Translations under genes and position numbers: made by a program
Source: Candidatus Poribacteria bacterium
GTDB taxonomy: Bacteria; Poribacteria; WGA-4E; WGA-3G
Reading direction: 5' to 3'
DNA: 64,000 nucleotides
NCBI GenBank assembly: GCA_965198235.1
Contig: OZ240248.1
Span: forward strand, 1,216,001-1,280,000
The notes under the pieces: model-generated
The model's input: the letters and a program-made list of their open reading frames with translations, nothing else
Databases searched by the model: none
What the model was told of the DNA's origin: nothing
Part shown: positions 62,011 to 64,000 of the stretch, piece by piece
Numbering within the stretch: position 1 is the stretch's first letter
How the letters are laid out: the number at the start of each line of letters is the position of its first letter

Positions 62011-63945
62011 ATGCAATTCAATTTTCTTCGATGGAGTAGACAACGCCTGCTGCAAATCGTACAAAAAGTCGGTATCGTCGGAATGATGTTGGCAGCCGTA
62101 TCCGTTTCTGCGGGAACTTCCAGCATAAGCCAACGGGATATTTTTGTCGGAGCAAGTGCACGCGCCGTCGGCATGGGCAGTGCTTTCACCGCAGGTCCCT
62201 CCGCAAACAACGGTTTTCTATGGAATCCGTCTTCATTAGGATTTATGGAAGGTGTGGAAGTCAATATGGGTGGGATGCCGTTTCCGGGAAATTTCCCAAG
62301 CCGCGATCAGGCGTTTTCAGTCGCCGCGAATCCGCAGACGTTCGGTGTGACGAACAGAAATTTAGGAAATGTCTCCTTCGCGACGTGGCTTGATGGGTGG
62401 AAAAATAACACAACGGAGTCTACACAGATTGTCCTTTTAGGATACGGACTTGCGCTCAGTCAGCGTGCCTCGGCGGGTGCGAACCTACGCTACTATCAGA
62501 ACAACACACCCATCAGAACCAATTTTCTCTGGAGTGTGGACTTAGGGATGCAGTTCGCCTATCCATTACAAAAATGGGGTGATTCGGTAACCGTGGGCAT
62601 GAACTTCTCCGAATTGAGCAGCGGTATTCGTGAGAACGGCGTACTTCTTGAGAGTGCACCCTTAGCGGCACGCTTCGGGACAACTTATGAGTTAGGCGGG
62701 GACACACTCTTTTCCGCAGACCTCGCTGTCCGAGGTAAGAACGACGTAAATTGGGGTGAGCGGCTCCGATTGCACTTCGGTGCGGAACATTGGTTCATTG
62801 ATGGGCATATCGGGCTGCGCTTCGGTTATACTGCTTTGACCGCTTCTGAAAGGTTCTGGAGTGGTGAATTGGCACGGGGACTTAGTTTCCGAAATTCCGC
62901 TGGACAACTCGATTATGCCTATGTCAGTGGCAGTGAATTGGAGCAAGGCGTGCATTGGATCTCCGCGACGTTACGCTGGGACGGAGGCGACATAGCACCC
63001 GTATCGGTGGCAACCCGTACCGAGGCATCTGATGTCGATGAAACCGCCACGATCTTAATGCCGACAACACTCGAAATAGACCCTGAAACCATTGATGGAG
63101 AGTTGGATCTCTCCGAACCCGCAATTTCACCGAATGGCGATGGTGTTTCGGATAGCACCACATTTCGCTTGCGTCTTGGAGAAAATGGCACCCTACCCCT
63201 ACGGTGGCTGTTGGACATCCGGGATGAGTATATCGAAAGCGTGTGGGAGAAATCTGGGACAGGTGTGCCAGCAGAAGGTATCGTCTGGGATGGCTTCGCA
63301 GATACCGGCAACTTGGTCCCTGATGGAAATTACGAGGTTCAGTTCCACATTCTCGACACACAAGACACACGATACCTCATAGATACCGAGACAGTGACAG
63401 TAGACCTCATTCCAACGACATTGGAGCTTTTCGCGAAAACACCGACAACTGTCGGTGTGAAGGCGTGGGACATCAATCCGCTTGCACATTGGAAACTTGA
63501 ACTTTTCAACGCAGGGAACGCGCTTGTCGAGCAGGCGGAGGGAAATGGTTCACCTCCTGCCGAAGTCGTTTTGAGCAAGATTCAAGCGGATCCGAACGCT
63601 GTGTACACTGGCAAGTTACACGTTCAGGACATTGCTGGCAATCGGAGCACGGAACAAACGCAGCTACAGTTTGGGGTGAACAATCATCCAAGAAGAGCGT
63701 CTATGTCCAAGATGACACTTATGGTGGGTTCATTCGTAGAACTTTACTACGCTGAAGCTATGGAAGAAAGATTACGGTTGCAGAATCCAAATCAGAAGGT
63801 TGCTCTCCGTGTTGCTACTGTTGACGGAAAAACTATGCACCGCGTAACAATCGGTGAGTTCAGCACACGGGCAGAATCAGCAGAGTTGAAGCAACACATT
63901 CAAGAGACACTCGGAATCGAACCCGTGTTGATCACACTCCAATAA
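62011..63945 (+). CDS. PorV/PorQ-like outer-membrane beta-barrel fused to FlgD-Ig and SPOR domains
   Basis: GASARAVGMGSAF and WNPSSLG PorV/FadL-type N-terminus; ISPNGDGVSD..WDG..GNLVPDGNY FlgD-like domain; VGSF..HRVTIGEFSTRAESA SPOR-like C-terminus. Confidence 0.75.
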   Translation: MQFNFLRWSRQRLLQIVQKVGIVGMMLAAVSVSAGTSSISQRDIFVGASARAVGMGSAFTAGPSANNGFLWNPSSLGFMEGVEVNMGGMPFPGNFPSRDQAFSVAANPQTFGVTNRNLGNVSFATWLDGWKNNTTESTQIVLLGYGLALSQRASAGANLRYYQNNTPIRTNFLWSVDLGMQFAYPLQKWGDSVTVGMNFSELSSGIRENGVLLESAPLAARFGTTYELGGDTLFSADLAVRGKNDVNWGERLRLHFGAEHWFIDGHIGLRFGYTALTASERFWSGELARGLSFRNSAGQLDYAYVSGSELEQGVHWISATLRWDGGDIAPVSVATRTEASDVDETATILMPTTLEIDPETIDGELDLSEPAISPNGDGVSDSTTFRLRLGENGTLPLRWLLDIRDEYIESVWEKSGTGVPAEGIVWDGFADTGNLVPDGNYEVQFHILDTQDTRYLIDTETVTVDLIPTTLELFAKTPTTVGVKAWDINPLAHWKLELFNAGNALVEQAEGNGSPPAEVVLSKIQADPNAVYTGKLHVQDIAGNRSTEQTQLQFGVNNHPRRASMSKMTLMVGSFVELYYAEAMEERLRLQNPNQKVALRVATVDGKTMHRVTIGEFSTRAESAELKQHIQETLGIEPVLITLQ

Positions 63946-64000
63946 CAATCCAGATCTGGTAGGTGTTTTTGTTAATGGCTGTCGGAAACCGTCAGCGATC

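Overview
Bacterial chromosomal window, most likely Candidatus Poribacteria or a relative. This is inferred from the divergent 16S 5' end, proteins ending in V[ES]PxxKLAxTWGxIK, PhyH, DUF1501/DUF1553 and T9SS-like proteins. The rRNA genes are unlinked: the 3' part of 23S plus 5S lies at the start of the window, a stand-alone 16S lies about 32 kb downstream, and tRNA-Ile(GAT) has its own promoter. Housekeeping genes are purB, ileS, hisF, murJ, thiD, thiE, rsmB and rpsT. Accessory content includes a xanthine-dehydrogenase-family molybdoenzyme operon, a solute-binding/OmpA/vWA gene cluster, a tandem array of paired ABC-2 permeases, a RuvC-less TnpB fragment, a decayed DUF433/PIN toxin-antitoxin pair and many short palindromic repeat families. 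Top observations: (1) two ORFs split by the ORF caller (49793-51349, minus) are one in-frame protein homologous to eukaryotic selenoprotein N, with an SC-UGA site followed by a bacterial-type SECIS hairpin; (2) ileS is preceded by an Ile-codon-rich leader peptide with mutually exclusive antiterminator and terminator hairpins, a ribosome-dependent attenuator rather than a T-box; (3) this IleRS is type 2 and has the non-canonical GVHH signature. All family calls come from motif recognition by eye; no database search was run.
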